Below, one piece after another: positions 17,868 through 26,157 of a DNA stretch of 64,000 bases. Position numbers and translations under genes: made by a program. The DNA lies in contig JACADU010000268.1 of the NCBI GenBank assembly GCA_013388415.1, positions 2,901 to 66,900 of the forward strand. The letters are read 5' to 3'. The stretch's first letter is position 1. Each line of letters opens with the position of its first letter. Under the pieces are notes generated by a model. That model was not told where the DNA came from. It searched no databases and saw only the letters and a program-made list of their open reading frames with translations. Origin of the DNA: Bryobacteraceae bacterium. Lineage in GTDB: Bacteria; Acidobacteriota; Terriglobia; Bryobacterales; Bryobacteraceae.

Positions 17868-18758
17868 ATGGAAAGAAAGAAAGCATCGGATTTCCCGCAA
17901 GAGCTGTTGAACCTGTTCGACCTTTACGTGCACGGCGACATCGATCGCCGGGCGTTTCTGGAGGGCGCGCAGAAATTCGCCGTGGGCGGCGTCACCGCCA
18001 CGGCGATCTGGGAAAGCCTTCGTCCGAACTATGCCTGGGCGCAACAGGTTCCGATGAACGATCCGCGCATTACCACCGAGCGCGTCACCGTGCCGTCGCC
18101 CGAGGGCAACGGCAGCATCAAAGGGCTGCTGGTGCGGCCGGCCAAGGCCACGGGGAAACTGCCGGGCGTCCTGGTGATTCATGAGAACCGCGGACTGAAT
18201 CCATACATCGAGGACGTGGCCCGGCGGCTTGGCGCCGCGAACTTCATGGCGTTTGCTCCCGACGGGCTGACGAGCGCGGGCGGGTATCCCGGCGACGACG
18301 AGAAGGGCGGCGCGCTGTTCCGTAACGTGGACCGGCAGAAGATGGCAGAGGATTTCGTCGCCGCGGCGCGCTGGCTGAAAGGGCGCGAGGATTGCACCGG
18401 CAAGCTGGGCGCGGTCGGGTTCTGCTTCGGCGGCGGCATCGTCAATATGCTCGCGACGAGACTGGGGGCGGACTTGAACGCGGCTGTACCGTTCTATGGA
18501 GGGCAGCCCCCGGCTGCGGAAGTGCCGAAGATCAAGGCTCCCCTCCTGCTGCATTATGCAGGGAACGACAAGCGGGTCAACGACGGCTGGCCGCCCTATG
18601 AAGAGGCGCTGAAGGCGAACAACGCCACGTACACGATGCACATGTACGAAGGAACCAACCACGGCTTCCATAACGACACGACCCCGCGCTACGACGAGGC
18701 AGCGGCAAAACTCGCCTGGCAGCGGACTCTGGACTTCTTCAACAAATACCTGCGTTAG
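17868..18758 (+). CDS. dienelactone hydrolase family protein
   Basis: VLVIHENRGLNPYIEDVARRL, GAVGFCFGG nucleophile elbow, and C-terminal HGFHND. Confidence 0.8.
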   Translation: MERKKASDFPQELLNLFDLYVHGDIDRRAFLEGAQKFAVGGVTATAIWESLRPNYAWAQQVPMNDPRITTERVTVPSPEGNGSIKGLLVRPAKATGKLPGVLVIHENRGLNPYIEDVARRLGAANFMAFAPDGLTSAGGYPGDDEKGGALFRNVDRQKMAEDFVAAARWLKGREDCTGKLGAVGFCFGGGIVNMLATRLGADLNAAVPFYGGQPPAAEVPKIKAPLLLHYAGNDKRVNDGWPPYEEALKANNATYTMHMYEGTNHGFHNDTTPRYDEAAAKLAWQRTLDFFNKYLR

Positions 18759-18822
18759 GCAGGCGCTGAAGCGCCTCGCCCCTGGCGCCGGAACGCGATA
18801 TGATCGGCTCCGGTTGCGCACC

Positions 18823-20013
18823 ATGGAACGCAGAGCTTTCATTGCCTCATTGCCTTCAGCCCGAGTGTTGGGAGCCAGCGACAGGATCCGTGTCGGGCTC
18901 ATCGGCTCAGGTCCCCGCGGCCAGTATCTACTCAAGGAGCTTCTCAAGACTGGAGCGGCGGAGTGCGTCGCGGTCTGCGACGTTTACGACGTGCGGCGGG
19001 CCCAGGGCCGCCAGATTGCCGGCCCCGGGGCGGAGGAGTACCTTGATCACAAACAGGTCGTCGCCCGAAACGACATCGACGCCGTCATCGTCGCAACGCC
19101 GGATCACTGGCATGCCGCCATTACCGTTGACGCCCTGAATGCCGGCAAGGATGTCTACGTCGAAAAGCCGATGGTGCATTTCCCGAAAGACGGCCAGGCG
19201 ATCGTGCGCGCTGTCAGAGCGAACAAGCGCATCCTTCAGGTCGGCACCCAGGGCAGGGGGCTTCAGCAGTTCGTCGAGCCGAAGACAAGGTTCATCGACA
19301 GCGGCATCATCGGGAAGGTGGGGATGGTTCGCACCTGGTACACGTCAAATTCCGGCTACGTGCAGCAGGCGCCGGCGGGCATGGAGAGGAAGCCGGAGGG
19401 GCTCGATTGGGAGCGTTGGCTCGGCTCCGCAAGGCACGTGCCCTGGGATCCGGGCATCTACTTCAGCCCCTACAAATGGCTGCACTACGACGGCGGGATG
19501 ATCATGGGCATCGGCATCCACGTGGTCGATTCGGCGCACCACTGGCTCAACCTCAAAGCTCCATCCGCCGCGGTCGCCATGGGCGGGATTTACCATTACA
19601 AAGACCGCGACACCCCCGATGTCATCAGTTTCCTCCTCGAGTACCCTCAGGGGCTCGTCGTCTCCTTCGCCGCCGAGTGTCTGAGCGCGCCCGGAGTCAG
19701 GACTTCGGCGGGCGTCGAGGCTCGCGGGACGGGCGGCGTCGTCTATACGGAAAGATATCAACAAGGGCCCGGCGCCTTCCGGTTCATCCCGAACTCGAAG
19801 ACGACCCAGGCTCCTCCAGCCGAAGGGCCGGGCGTGCCCGCCTCAGCGGCGGTGATACTTCAGGATTGGATCGACTGCATCCGCTACCGAAAGCGCGCCA
19901 TCTGTAATGAAGAGGCCGCCTACTACTCGACGATGGCCTGCTTCATGGCTGCGGAAGCCTACAAGACCAAAACTCGCGTGGAATGGAATCGCGCCTGGGA
20001 TCTGCCGGCGTGA
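18823..20013 (+). CDS. Gfo/Idh/MocA-family oxidoreductase with Tat-like signal
   Basis: MERRAFIASLPSARVLGA, GLIGSGPRG, and ATPDHWHA...AGKDVYVEKP. Confidence 0.85.
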   Translation: MERRAFIASLPSARVLGASDRIRVGLIGSGPRGQYLLKELLKTGAAECVAVCDVYDVRRAQGRQIAGPGAEEYLDHKQVVARNDIDAVIVATPDHWHAAITVDALNAGKDVYVEKPMVHFPKDGQAIVRAVRANKRILQVGTQGRGLQQFVEPKTRFIDSGIIGKVGMVRTWYTSNSGYVQQAPAGMERKPEGLDWERWLGSARHVPWDPGIYFSPYKWLHYDGGMIMGIGIHVVDSAHHWLNLKAPSAAVAMGGIYHYKDRDTPDVISFLLEYPQGLVVSFAAECLSAPGVRTSAGVEARGTGGVVYTERYQQGPGAFRFIPNSKTTQAPPAEGPGVPASAAVILQDWIDCIRYRKRAICNEEAAYYSTMACFMAAEAYKTKTRVEWNRAWDLPA

Positions 20014-20052
20014 GCCCCTTCCGGCGTGGGATAATCTTGACAAAGAGGGATC

Positions 20053-20616
20053 ATGGAAGATCGGATTCGCGAAAACCAGATACAGCTCGGCGAGGCGCCT
20101 CCAGACCTCTACACGCGCATCGACCAGGAGGTCGCGGACGATTTTCGCGATAGCTTCATCCTCACAACTGTCGACGCTGCAATCAATTGGGGCCGAAAGA
20201 ACTCCATCTGGCCCATGACCTTCGGCCTTGCCTGCTGCGCCATCGAAATGATGGCCATGAGCGCTTCCCGCTTCGATATCGCCCGCTTTGGGGCCGAGGT
20301 CTTCCGCGGCAGCCCGCGCCAAGCCGACCTGATGATCATCGCGGGCCGTGTTTCCAACAAGATGGCACCGGTTGTCCGGCAACTCTACCAACAAATGCCC
20401 GAACCCCGTTGGGTGATCTCGATGGGCGCCTGCGCCACTTCCACCGGCGTCTTCAGTAATTACGCATTAATACCTGTTAACCAAATAATCCCGGTCGACA
20501 TCTATGTCCCCGGTTGCCCCCCCCGCCCGGAACAGCTCATCTACGCCATTATGCTGCTCCAGGAGAAGATCCAAAAGCAGAAGGGCGTTCTTCAGGACGT
20601 TCTGAACCTGAGCTGA
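20053..20616 (+). CDS. nuoB: NADH-quinone oxidoreductase subunit B (NuoB/20-kDa subunit), orphan copy
   Basis: [24 protein letters not shown] and [12 protein letters not shown] supply all four cluster-N2 cysteines. No nuoA, nuoC or nuoD neighbours. Confidence 0.85.
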   Translation: MEDRIRENQIQLGEAPPDLYTRIDQEVADDFRDSFILTTVDAAINWGRKNSIWPMTFGLACCAIEMMAMSASRFDIARFGAEVFRGSPRQADLMIIAGRVSNKMAPVVRQLYQQMPEPRWVISMGACATSTGVFSNYALIPVNQIIPVDIYVPGCPPRPEQLIYAIMLLQEKIQKQKGVLQDVLNLS

Positions 20617-20638
20617 GTCCCCGCATCTGATTTCCATT

Positions 20639-20665
20639 CAAAGCACCACGCCCGCTTGCCGATAG
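20639..20665 (+). promoter_or_regulatory. sigma28 (FliA)-type promoter upstream of flaG-fliS
   Basis: CAAAG-N15 spacing-GCCGATAG against the consensus TAAA-N15-GCCGATAA. Located 39 nt upstream of the flaG ATG. Confidence 0.6.
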
Positions 20666-20703
20666 GGTTGGTGGGACGCGACGCCGTCTCAAGGGAGCAC
20701 GCC

Positions 20704-20985
20704 ATGGAAGTTGGCAAGATCAACCCCATGACAGAGTTGCCAGCTCTGTCAGTCACTCAACCCCTTTCTCCCCAGCAGCGATTGGAACAGGTTCAACTTG
20801 TCCAGGCCGTAGAATCGGTGAACGAAGCCGAACTGCTTGGCCAAGGCCGCGAGTTGACTTTCGCGTTGGACAGGCAAACGAAGAAACCCGTGTTGCGGAT
20901 CGTGGATAAGGAGACGAAGGAGATCATCCGGCAGATACCGCCTGAGTACGTCCTGCGGCTTGCAGACGAGCTCAAACTCGGTTGA
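20704..20985 (+). CDS. flaG: flagellar protein FlaG
   Basis: The C-terminal LTFALDRQTKKPVLRIVDKETKEIIRQIPPEYVLRLADEL is the FlaG family block. AAGGGAG lies before the ATG. Confidence 0.75.
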   Translation: MEVGKINPMTELPALSVTQPLSPQQRLEQVQLVQAVESVNEAELLGQGRELTFALDRQTKKPVLRIVDKETKEIIRQIPPEYVLRLADELKLG

Positions 20986-21006
20986 GGACCGGCAGGAAGA
21001 TGAAGC

Positions 21007-21456
21007 ATGATTCATCCATACGGTAACCTTCTTGAGGAATCGGTGCTCACTGCGAGTCCGATGGAACTGACCGGAATGCTATTTGACCGGCTTGTCTTGG
21101 AGATTCGAACCGCCCGTGAGAATCTCAGGGCGGGAAACATCACGGGCAGGTCGGCAAGCGCGAGCAAGGCGATTGAGATTGTGCTCGAGCTGGCCGGTTC
21201 TCTGGATGATGCGCGAGGCGGAGATCTCAGCAGGAATCTCAGGCGGCTGTATGCCTACATGGTCGACCAGATCAATGAAGGGAACTCCGGACAGGATGAG
21301 CGCAGTTTTGCCAATGCCGAAGCAGTGGCGGCGCCGCTCGCCGAGGCGTGGCGCCAGATCAGCGGATCCAGCGCGGTTGCTGAGTCGCCGGATGGTTCAT
21401 GCCCCTGGTGGGCCGCCGAGGGCGAGTTGGCCGGGAGCCTCAGCTTCAAGGGTTGA
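21007..21456 (+). CDS. fliS: flagellin-specific export chaperone FliS
   Basis: SPMELTGMLFDRLVLEIRTARENL...KAIEIVLELAGSLD...LSRNLRRLYAYMVDQI is a typical FliS four-helix pattern. Confidence 0.8.
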   Translation: MIHPYGNLLEESVLTASPMELTGMLFDRLVLEIRTARENLRAGNITGRSASASKAIEIVLELAGSLDDARGGDLSRNLRRLYAYMVDQINEGNSGQDERSFANAEAVAAPLAEAWRQISGSSAVAESPDGSCPWWAAEGELAGSLSFKG

Positions 21457-21738
21457 CGCGTCGTCTTTGCGCCGCAGCCCCTGCACGATGATCTCGTGAA
21501 GGCCGAGCCCGCCTTGCCGGCTCAGGACTTGAGCCAAGTGCTGTTCAGCGAACTCCAGCATGGTGGCGCCGGCCGAGGAGCCCCCTGCGGCCAGACTGCC
21601 CTCCTCGATTTCGCTCCGAAAAGACCTCAGAATCTGGCCGATGAGCAACGCTTCGAAGTCCTTCGCGGCCTCCCGCAGCCGCGGCTCGCTTTCCAGAGCC
21701 GGCGCGGTCAGTGCAGGTTGAACCTGTTGAATTTGCAC
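21397..21738 (-). CDS. flagellar rod-binding protein (FlgJ N-terminal domain only, no muramidase domain)
   Basis: AAKDFEALLIGQILRSFRS ... FAEQHLAQVLSRQGGLGL. The GTG start overlaps the flgI stop by 1 nt. Confidence 0.7.
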   Translation of the reverse strand: MQIQQVQPALTAPALESEPRLREAAKDFEALLIGQILRSFRSEIEEGSLAAGGSSAGATMLEFAEQHLAQVLSRQGGLGLHEIIVQGLRRKDDASTLEAEAPGQLALGGPPGA

Positions 21739-22838
21739 TAGATCACCTCGATCTCGGCGTCCAGCGCTCCCGCCGCCCGGAGATTCTGCAACACTGCAAT
21801 CACATCTCTCGGCGTCGCTCCGATGCCGGTCAGCCCCTTCACCAGATCATCCACCGTCGCTCCTTTCTTCAGTTGAATCCCTTTTGCTTGTTCCTCCTTT
21901 ACCCCGACACTCACGTCAGGCGTCACCGCCGTCCTGCCCTGACTGAAGGGCGCCGGCTGCGAGACATCAAAAGAAGTCTGCACTTCGACAGAGAGGCTGC
22001 CGTGGAGGATCGCCACCGGACGGATCGTGATCTCCCGCCCGGCAACAATCGTCCCGGACCGTTCGTTGATCACAATCTTGCTCTTGCGATCCGTCTCCAG
22101 GCTGAGACCTTCAATCTCTGCGACGAACTCGACCCTCCTGCCGCTCCAATCCGGCGGGATCGCGACTTCGACCAGCCCCGCGTTCTCACAGCGTGCAAGG
22201 TGTGCGCCGAACCTCTGGTTGATCACCGCCGCCATCCGCGTAGAAGTCGTGAAATCGGCTGTCTGGAGCTGCATACGCACGGTGGAAGACGGAAGAACCG
22301 ACGGCGCCGGGCGCTCGACGATCGCGCCATTCGGAATTCTTCCGGCGGTCGGATGGTTGACGGTCACCGAGTTGCCACCCCCCCGCCCCGCGGCGAATCC
22401 TCCGGTCACCACCGGTCCCTGAGCCACCGCATAGACTTCCCCGTTGGAAGCCTTCAGCGGAGTGAGAATGACCAATCCCCCTTGCAGATTCGTAGAATCC
22501 CCAATTGCAGCGACATGCACGTCAATCCGCGTGCCCGGCTGTGCAAACGGGGGAAGGTTCGCCGTGAGCATCACGGCGGCGGTGTTCCGCACCAGAATCG
22601 CCGTTGGCGAGACCTGCACGCCCATGCGATCCAGCACGTTCGCCAGGGTTTGCGCCGAGAAGAATGTCTGCCGTTTGTCGCCCGTGCCGTTCAGTCCGAC
22701 GACGACACCATAGCCCACCAACTGGTTTTCACGAATGCCCTCAATCGATGCGACATCCTTGATCCGGACGGCGCCACTCAAGGGCCACAGGCAGGCCAGG
22801 AGCAAAAATGAAAGCATCTTCATAAAAGGTCTCATCAA
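21738..22838 (-). CDS. flgI: flagellar P-ring protein FlgI
   Basis: VRIKDVASIEGIRENQLVGYGVVVGLNGTGD ... DLVKGLTGIGATPRDVIAVLQNLRAAGAL. ATGA overlap with flgH. Confidence 0.95.
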   Translation of the reverse strand: MMRPFMKMLSFLLLACLWPLSGAVRIKDVASIEGIRENQLVGYGVVVGLNGTGDKRQTFFSAQTLANVLDRMGVQVSPTAILVRNTAAVMLTANLPPFAQPGTRIDVHVAAIGDSTNLQGGLVILTPLKASNGEVYAVAQGPVVTGGFAAGRGGGNSVTVNHPTAGRIPNGAIVERPAPSVLPSSTVRMQLQTADFTTSTRMAAVINQRFGAHLARCENAGLVEVAIPPDWSGRRVEFVAEIEGLSLETDRKSKIVINERSGTIVAGREITIRPVAILHGSLSVEVQTSFDVSQPAPFSQGRTAVTPDVSVGVKEEQAKGIQLKKGATVDDLVKGLTGIGATPRDVIAVLQNLRAAGALDAEIEVI

Positions 22839-23512
22839 AACGGCAGAATTCCGAGCAGGATTCTGTAGAGAATGTTGGGTCTCCGGATTGCGTCCTGAAC
22901 AACGCCCTTGCCCTGAATCTGGACTTCCAGCGCCGCCAACCGGTCGGAGGCGACCCTGTTCGCCGGTGAGAGATCGTTCCAGCGAACCAGCCCGCGCACA
23001 ATGACTTTCTGACGCTCGGAATTGACCATGACGTCCTTCGAGCCCTCCAGGAGAAGATTGCCGTTCGGCATCACCTGCTTGACATAGGCCGACAGCGTCG
23101 TGGTGAGCGAAGATTCCCGGGATGTCTCGCCCGCTCCGTCCAGCTTGGAATCGCTCCCCATTTGCGCCAGCGCGCTGAGAGGTCCAGCCACGCGGGTCGG
23201 CCCTCCCAGAGCCGTGACTGAGGCATTGACCTCCGATTTCCTGTTCGCACTAGTGGCTCCCCGGCTGACTGCGGAGGCGCGATCACTGACAACAATGGTC
23301 ACGAGATCGCCGACTCTGGCGGCGCGCTGGTCGCGGGCAAGGTCGGCAAACCGGCCTGATTCTTCATACAGACTGCCAGGCGAAGCCGCCACTTGCGGAT
23401 TTGCCCTCTGATGCTCGAGCATCTCTTCGAGAGGAGTCAGCTTCCTTGGCTCCTTGTCTTTAGCCACCGCGGCGGTGGCTGTGAGTGCGATCGCCACGAC
23501 GATCAGTTTCAT
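22835..23512 (-). CDS. flgH: flagellar L-ring protein FlgH (no cysteine / no lipobox)
   Basis: GSLYEE...ARVGDLVTIVVSD...LTTTLSAYVKQVMPNGNLLLEGSKDVMVNSERQKVIVRGLVR. The ATG at 23512 is preceded by GAGGAGAG. Confidence 0.9.
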   Translation of the reverse strand: MKLIVVAIALTATAAVAKDKEPRKLTPLEEMLEHQRANPQVAASPGSLYEESGRFADLARDQRAARVGDLVTIVVSDRASAVSRGATSANRKSEVNASVTALGGPTRVAGPLSALAQMGSDSKLDGAGETSRESSLTTTLSAYVKQVMPNGNLLLEGSKDVMVNSERQKVIVRGLVRWNDLSPANRVASDRLAALEVQIQGKGVVQDAIRRPNILYRILLGILPF

Positions 23513-24401
23513 TCCGACTCTCCTCAACGGTGATCCGGCCCTCGCCGGGTGCAATGACGCGCGCGCGGAGTTTTGCGCCGTTTGACCTGTTCATGATGGA
23601 GATCAGATCACCGACTCTGCCCGCCTGCACCGCATCTGCCTCAATTGCGAACCTGACGCTTCCCGATTCTGAATAGACCTTCATCTTGTCGCCCGCCTGG
23701 ACGGCCAGCGGTCTGCCGAGAGAGCCAGCGGGGATCCGGCTTCCCGCCTCGATGCTGCTCAGCGCCTCGAGTCCAACGACAGTCGAGGCGACGTCCCGCT
23801 TGAGGGCGTCAAGCAGCGGGACTTCGCATTTCCGGAGCTCGACATCTTCATCGTTCAGCTTCCTGCCCTTCTCAATGAGGCGGCGGGCGAACCAGGCTTG
23901 CCCTTCGACGGCGATGCGCGCCTTCACCCAAACGGGCATGCTTCTGTTGCGGTCATAGATGATCCGGCCGCGCCAGAGCAACGCGCCGGCCTGGGCCTCA
24001 TGCAGGTCTTCCTTGCGGAAAGTGAGGACACCCTGGGGCAACGGCAGGCGTATATAGTCGATGACCTCAATCCTGTGGCTCAAGCCCGGCAGAAGTTCTG
24101 AGATCACAGGACGCAGCGCGTTTTCGATTGCCGCTGCGGTGAGGACCTGCGACGGCCGAACCGCGCAAAGCTCCGGGGCGTTGTCCAATCCGATTCCGTG
24201 GCGGCGCGCAAAACTCTCCAGCTCTCCGCGCCTGATCCAACGCGTCGTGCCTGGAGCGGGCGCATAGCCGAACTCGGCATCCGGCGGGATCGAGGCGAAT
24301 CGCGGAACGAACGGCGTGAGATGCCCGGCAGTGATCCTGGACTGAGACACCTCCAGGCAGCCAGGAGCGGCCAGCAGCGCGGCGATCAAGAGGCTCGTCA
24401 T
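23460..24401 (-). CDS. flgA: flagellar basal-body P-ring formation chaperone FlgA
   Basis: Signal peptide plus a C-terminal SAF-type block: VQAGDKMKVYSESGSVRFAIEADAVQAGRVGDLISIMNRSNGAKLRARV. ATGA overlap with flgG. Confidence 0.8.
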   Translation of the reverse strand: MTSLLIAALLAAPGCLEVSQSRITAGHLTPFVPRFASIPPDAEFGYAPAPGTTRWIRRGELESFARRHGIGLDNAPELCAVRPSQVLTAAAIENALRPVISELLPGLSHRIEVIDYIRLPLPQGVLTFRKEDLHEAQAGALLWRGRIIYDRNRSMPVWVKARIAVEGQAWFARRLIEKGRKLNDEDVELRKCEVPLLDALKRDVASTVVGLEALSSIEAGSRIPAGSLGRPLAVQAGDKMKVYSESGSVRFAIEADAVQAGRVGDLISIMNRSNGAKLRARVIAPGEGRITVEESRNETDRRGDRTHSHRRGG

Positions 24402-25189
24402 CGATTCATGTTGTTGACTTGCTGATACATCTCGTCAGCCGCCCGCACGACCTTGCTGTTCGCCTCGTAGGCTCGCTGGCTGACGATCATGTTGATGAAC
24501 TCTTCGACGACGCTGACGTTCGATTGTTCAACGTAACCCTGCAACAGGCTTCCCAAGCCTTCCTGCCCGCCCGGATTGCCGATGGTCGGTTCGCCGCTGG
24601 CGTCGGTCGGCAAATAGAGGTTGCGGCCGATGCTGTTCAGGCCGGCGGGATTCGCGAAGTTCGCCAGTTGAATCTGGCCGCCGAGCTGTGTCGTGGTCTG
24701 ACCCGGAAGCGTGAAGCTGACGGTTCCGTCAGAACCGATGCTGATGTTCTGAGCTTCGGGCGGGATCGTGATCTGGGGTTCGAGCGGATCGCCCTCGCTT
24801 GTCACCATGTTGCCATCGCGATCGAGGTGAAACTGCCCGGCGCGCGAGTAGGCGATTTCGCCGCTGGGCCGGCGGATTTGGAAGAAGCCGCGGCCCTGAA
24901 TGACAAGATCCAGGGGATTCCCCGTCGAGGAGAAACTGCCCTGCGAGAACGCGATCTCATTGGAGACGACCCGGGCGCCAAGCCCTAATTGAAGGCCGCT
25001 GGGAACGACGGTCTGCGAACCCGCCGCCGCCCCGGGCTGGACCATTGTCTGGTAAAGGAGGTCCTGGAACTGCGCACGGCGCATCTTGTAGCCGACGGTG
25101 TTGGCGTTGGCGAGGTTGTGCGCGATGTTGTCGACGTTGGTCTGCTGCGCCTCCATTCCGCTCGCGGCGCTGAAAAGAGCTCTGATCAT
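24398..25189 (-). CDS. flgG: flagellar distal rod protein FlgG
   Basis: MIRALFSAASGMEAQQTNVDNIAHNLANANTVGYK ... VEEFINMIVSQRAYEANSKVV. Confidence 0.95.
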   Translation of the reverse strand: MIRALFSAASGMEAQQTNVDNIAHNLANANTVGYKMRRAQFQDLLYQTMVQPGAAAGSQTVVPSGLQLGLGARVVSNEIAFSQGSFSSTGNPLDLVIQGRGFFQIRRPSGEIAYSRAGQFHLDRDGNMVTSEGDPLEPQITIPPEAQNISIGSDGTVSFTLPGQTTTQLGGQIQLANFANPAGLNSIGRNLYLPTDASGEPTIGNPGGQEGLGSLLQGYVEQSNVSVVEEFINMIVSQRAYEANSKVVRAADEMYQQVNNMNR

Positions 25190-25221
25190 GAGGCTGATTC
25201 TCCTTCCTTGACTTCACACGC

Positions 25222-25944
25222 CTAGGGGTGAACCCGGGCGACCTCCTCGACGGCGCGGCGGCCCATTTCACCGCCGATTTGCAGCGCCTTCTGCAAGGTT
25301 TCGAACTGCCGAAGAAGATTGACGAGCCGGACGGCGGCCTCTGCCGGCGAGAAGTTGGCCGACTCCACCTTCCCTTGATGCACGCGCGCCCGCGAGTTCG
25401 AAAGCCCGGACAACTGGGTGGTGTCCAAAGCGAAGTAGGCGCCCTCGAGCTTTGCCGGCTGCACGGCTCGCGCTGTTTCGACCAGCTTGAGGCGGCCAAG
25501 CTGCTCGCCCCGTTGACGCACTACGCCTTCGGAATCGACTTCGACGGGCTCGCCGGGAACGGCGCGAATCCGGCGTGGCTCGACCGTGGCGAACTCGTAT
25601 CCCTCCGGCGTTGTCAGCTTCCCGTCTCTGGCGATGCGAAAGGTCCCATTTCGCGTGAGCAGGGGACCACGAGGCCCATCGACGAGAAAGAACCCTCCGC
25701 CTTCCAACGCAAGGTGCTCGGGGTCGCCGGTCTGCTTGAGCTGTCCCTGCGAGAAATCCGTACGGTGCTGCTCGATAAAAGGGGAAGTGGTCTGCGAGCT
25801 TTCGTCACCCAGAAAGAGGGTGTAGGCCTCGCGATCTGCCTTGAACCCGGCGGTCGACGCGTTGGCCAGGTTGTTCGCCAATAGATCGAGCGCTTCAGCT
25901 CTTGATCGCAACCCGGCGCCTGCGGTGATTGTCAGCGGATCCAT
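25222..25944 (-). CDS. flgF: flagellar proximal rod protein FlgF
   Basis: LDLLANNLANASTAGFK N-terminal rod motif and LVNLLRQFETLQKAL at the C-terminus. GGAGG lies 5 nt before the ATG. Confidence 0.85.
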   Translation of the reverse strand: MDPLTITAGAGLRSRAEALDLLANNLANASTAGFKADREAYTLFLGDESSQTTSPFIEQHRTDFSQGQLKQTGDPEHLALEGGGFFLVDGPRGPLLTRNGTFRIARDGKLTTPEGYEFATVEPRRIRAVPGEPVEVDSEGVVRQRGEQLGRLKLVETARAVQPAKLEGAYFALDTTQLSGLSNSRARVHQGKVESANFSPAEAAVRLVNLLRQFETLQKALQIGGEMGRRAVEEVARVHP

Positions 25945-25965
25945 CCGGACCTCCGAACGGGATCG

Positions 25966-25981
25966 AGCAAGGCTTGTGCCA
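25966..25981 (-). promoter_or_regulatory. sigma54 promoter for flgF-flgG-flgA-flgH-flgI-flgJ(N)
   Basis: The minus strand reads TGGCACAAGCCTTGCT. This matches TGGCAC-N5-TTGCW exactly, with the correct GG/GC spacing, 22 nt upstream of the flgF ATG. Confidence 0.7.
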
Positions 25982-26034
25982 AACCGCCGAGGCGCTGCAC
26001 AACGAATTAGCGCCCTTTTCGAGCGTCAAATGGG

Positions 26035-26092
26035 CCGAATCGGTATTCGTGTTCCGAATCGGATGTGCCGATCTGGGACCGGTCCTTCGGCA
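26035..26092. promoter_or_regulatory. cluster of short palindromes between the divergent sigma54 promoters (candidate enhancer/UAS sites)
   Basis: CCGAATCGG occurs at 26035-26043 and again at 26054-26062 (19-bp period). GGACCGGTCC at 26076-26085 is nested between TGCCGA (26066-26071) and TCGGCA (26087-26092). Confidence 0.3.
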
Positions 26093-26141
26093 AACCGCGC
26101 TCCGGGCGTCCAAGATGTTCACATTCCTCATCGGCGGGCTT

Positions 26142-26157
26142 TGGCCAGCCGTTTGCT
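26142..26157 (+). promoter_or_regulatory. sigma54 promoter for the fliK-flgD-flgE-fliN-fliOPQR-flhBAF operon
   Basis: TGGCCAGCCGTTTGCT has the GG and GC elements at canonical spacing with a TTGCT -12 box. Located 12-33 nt upstream of the candidate start codons. Confidence 0.6.

Noticed and set aside
20461-20490. AT-rich patch inside nuoB as a possible small insertion or frameshift.
   Set aside because: The reading frame is continuous and the flanking conserved blocks (GACATS upstream, DIYVPGCPP downstream) are at the expected distance.
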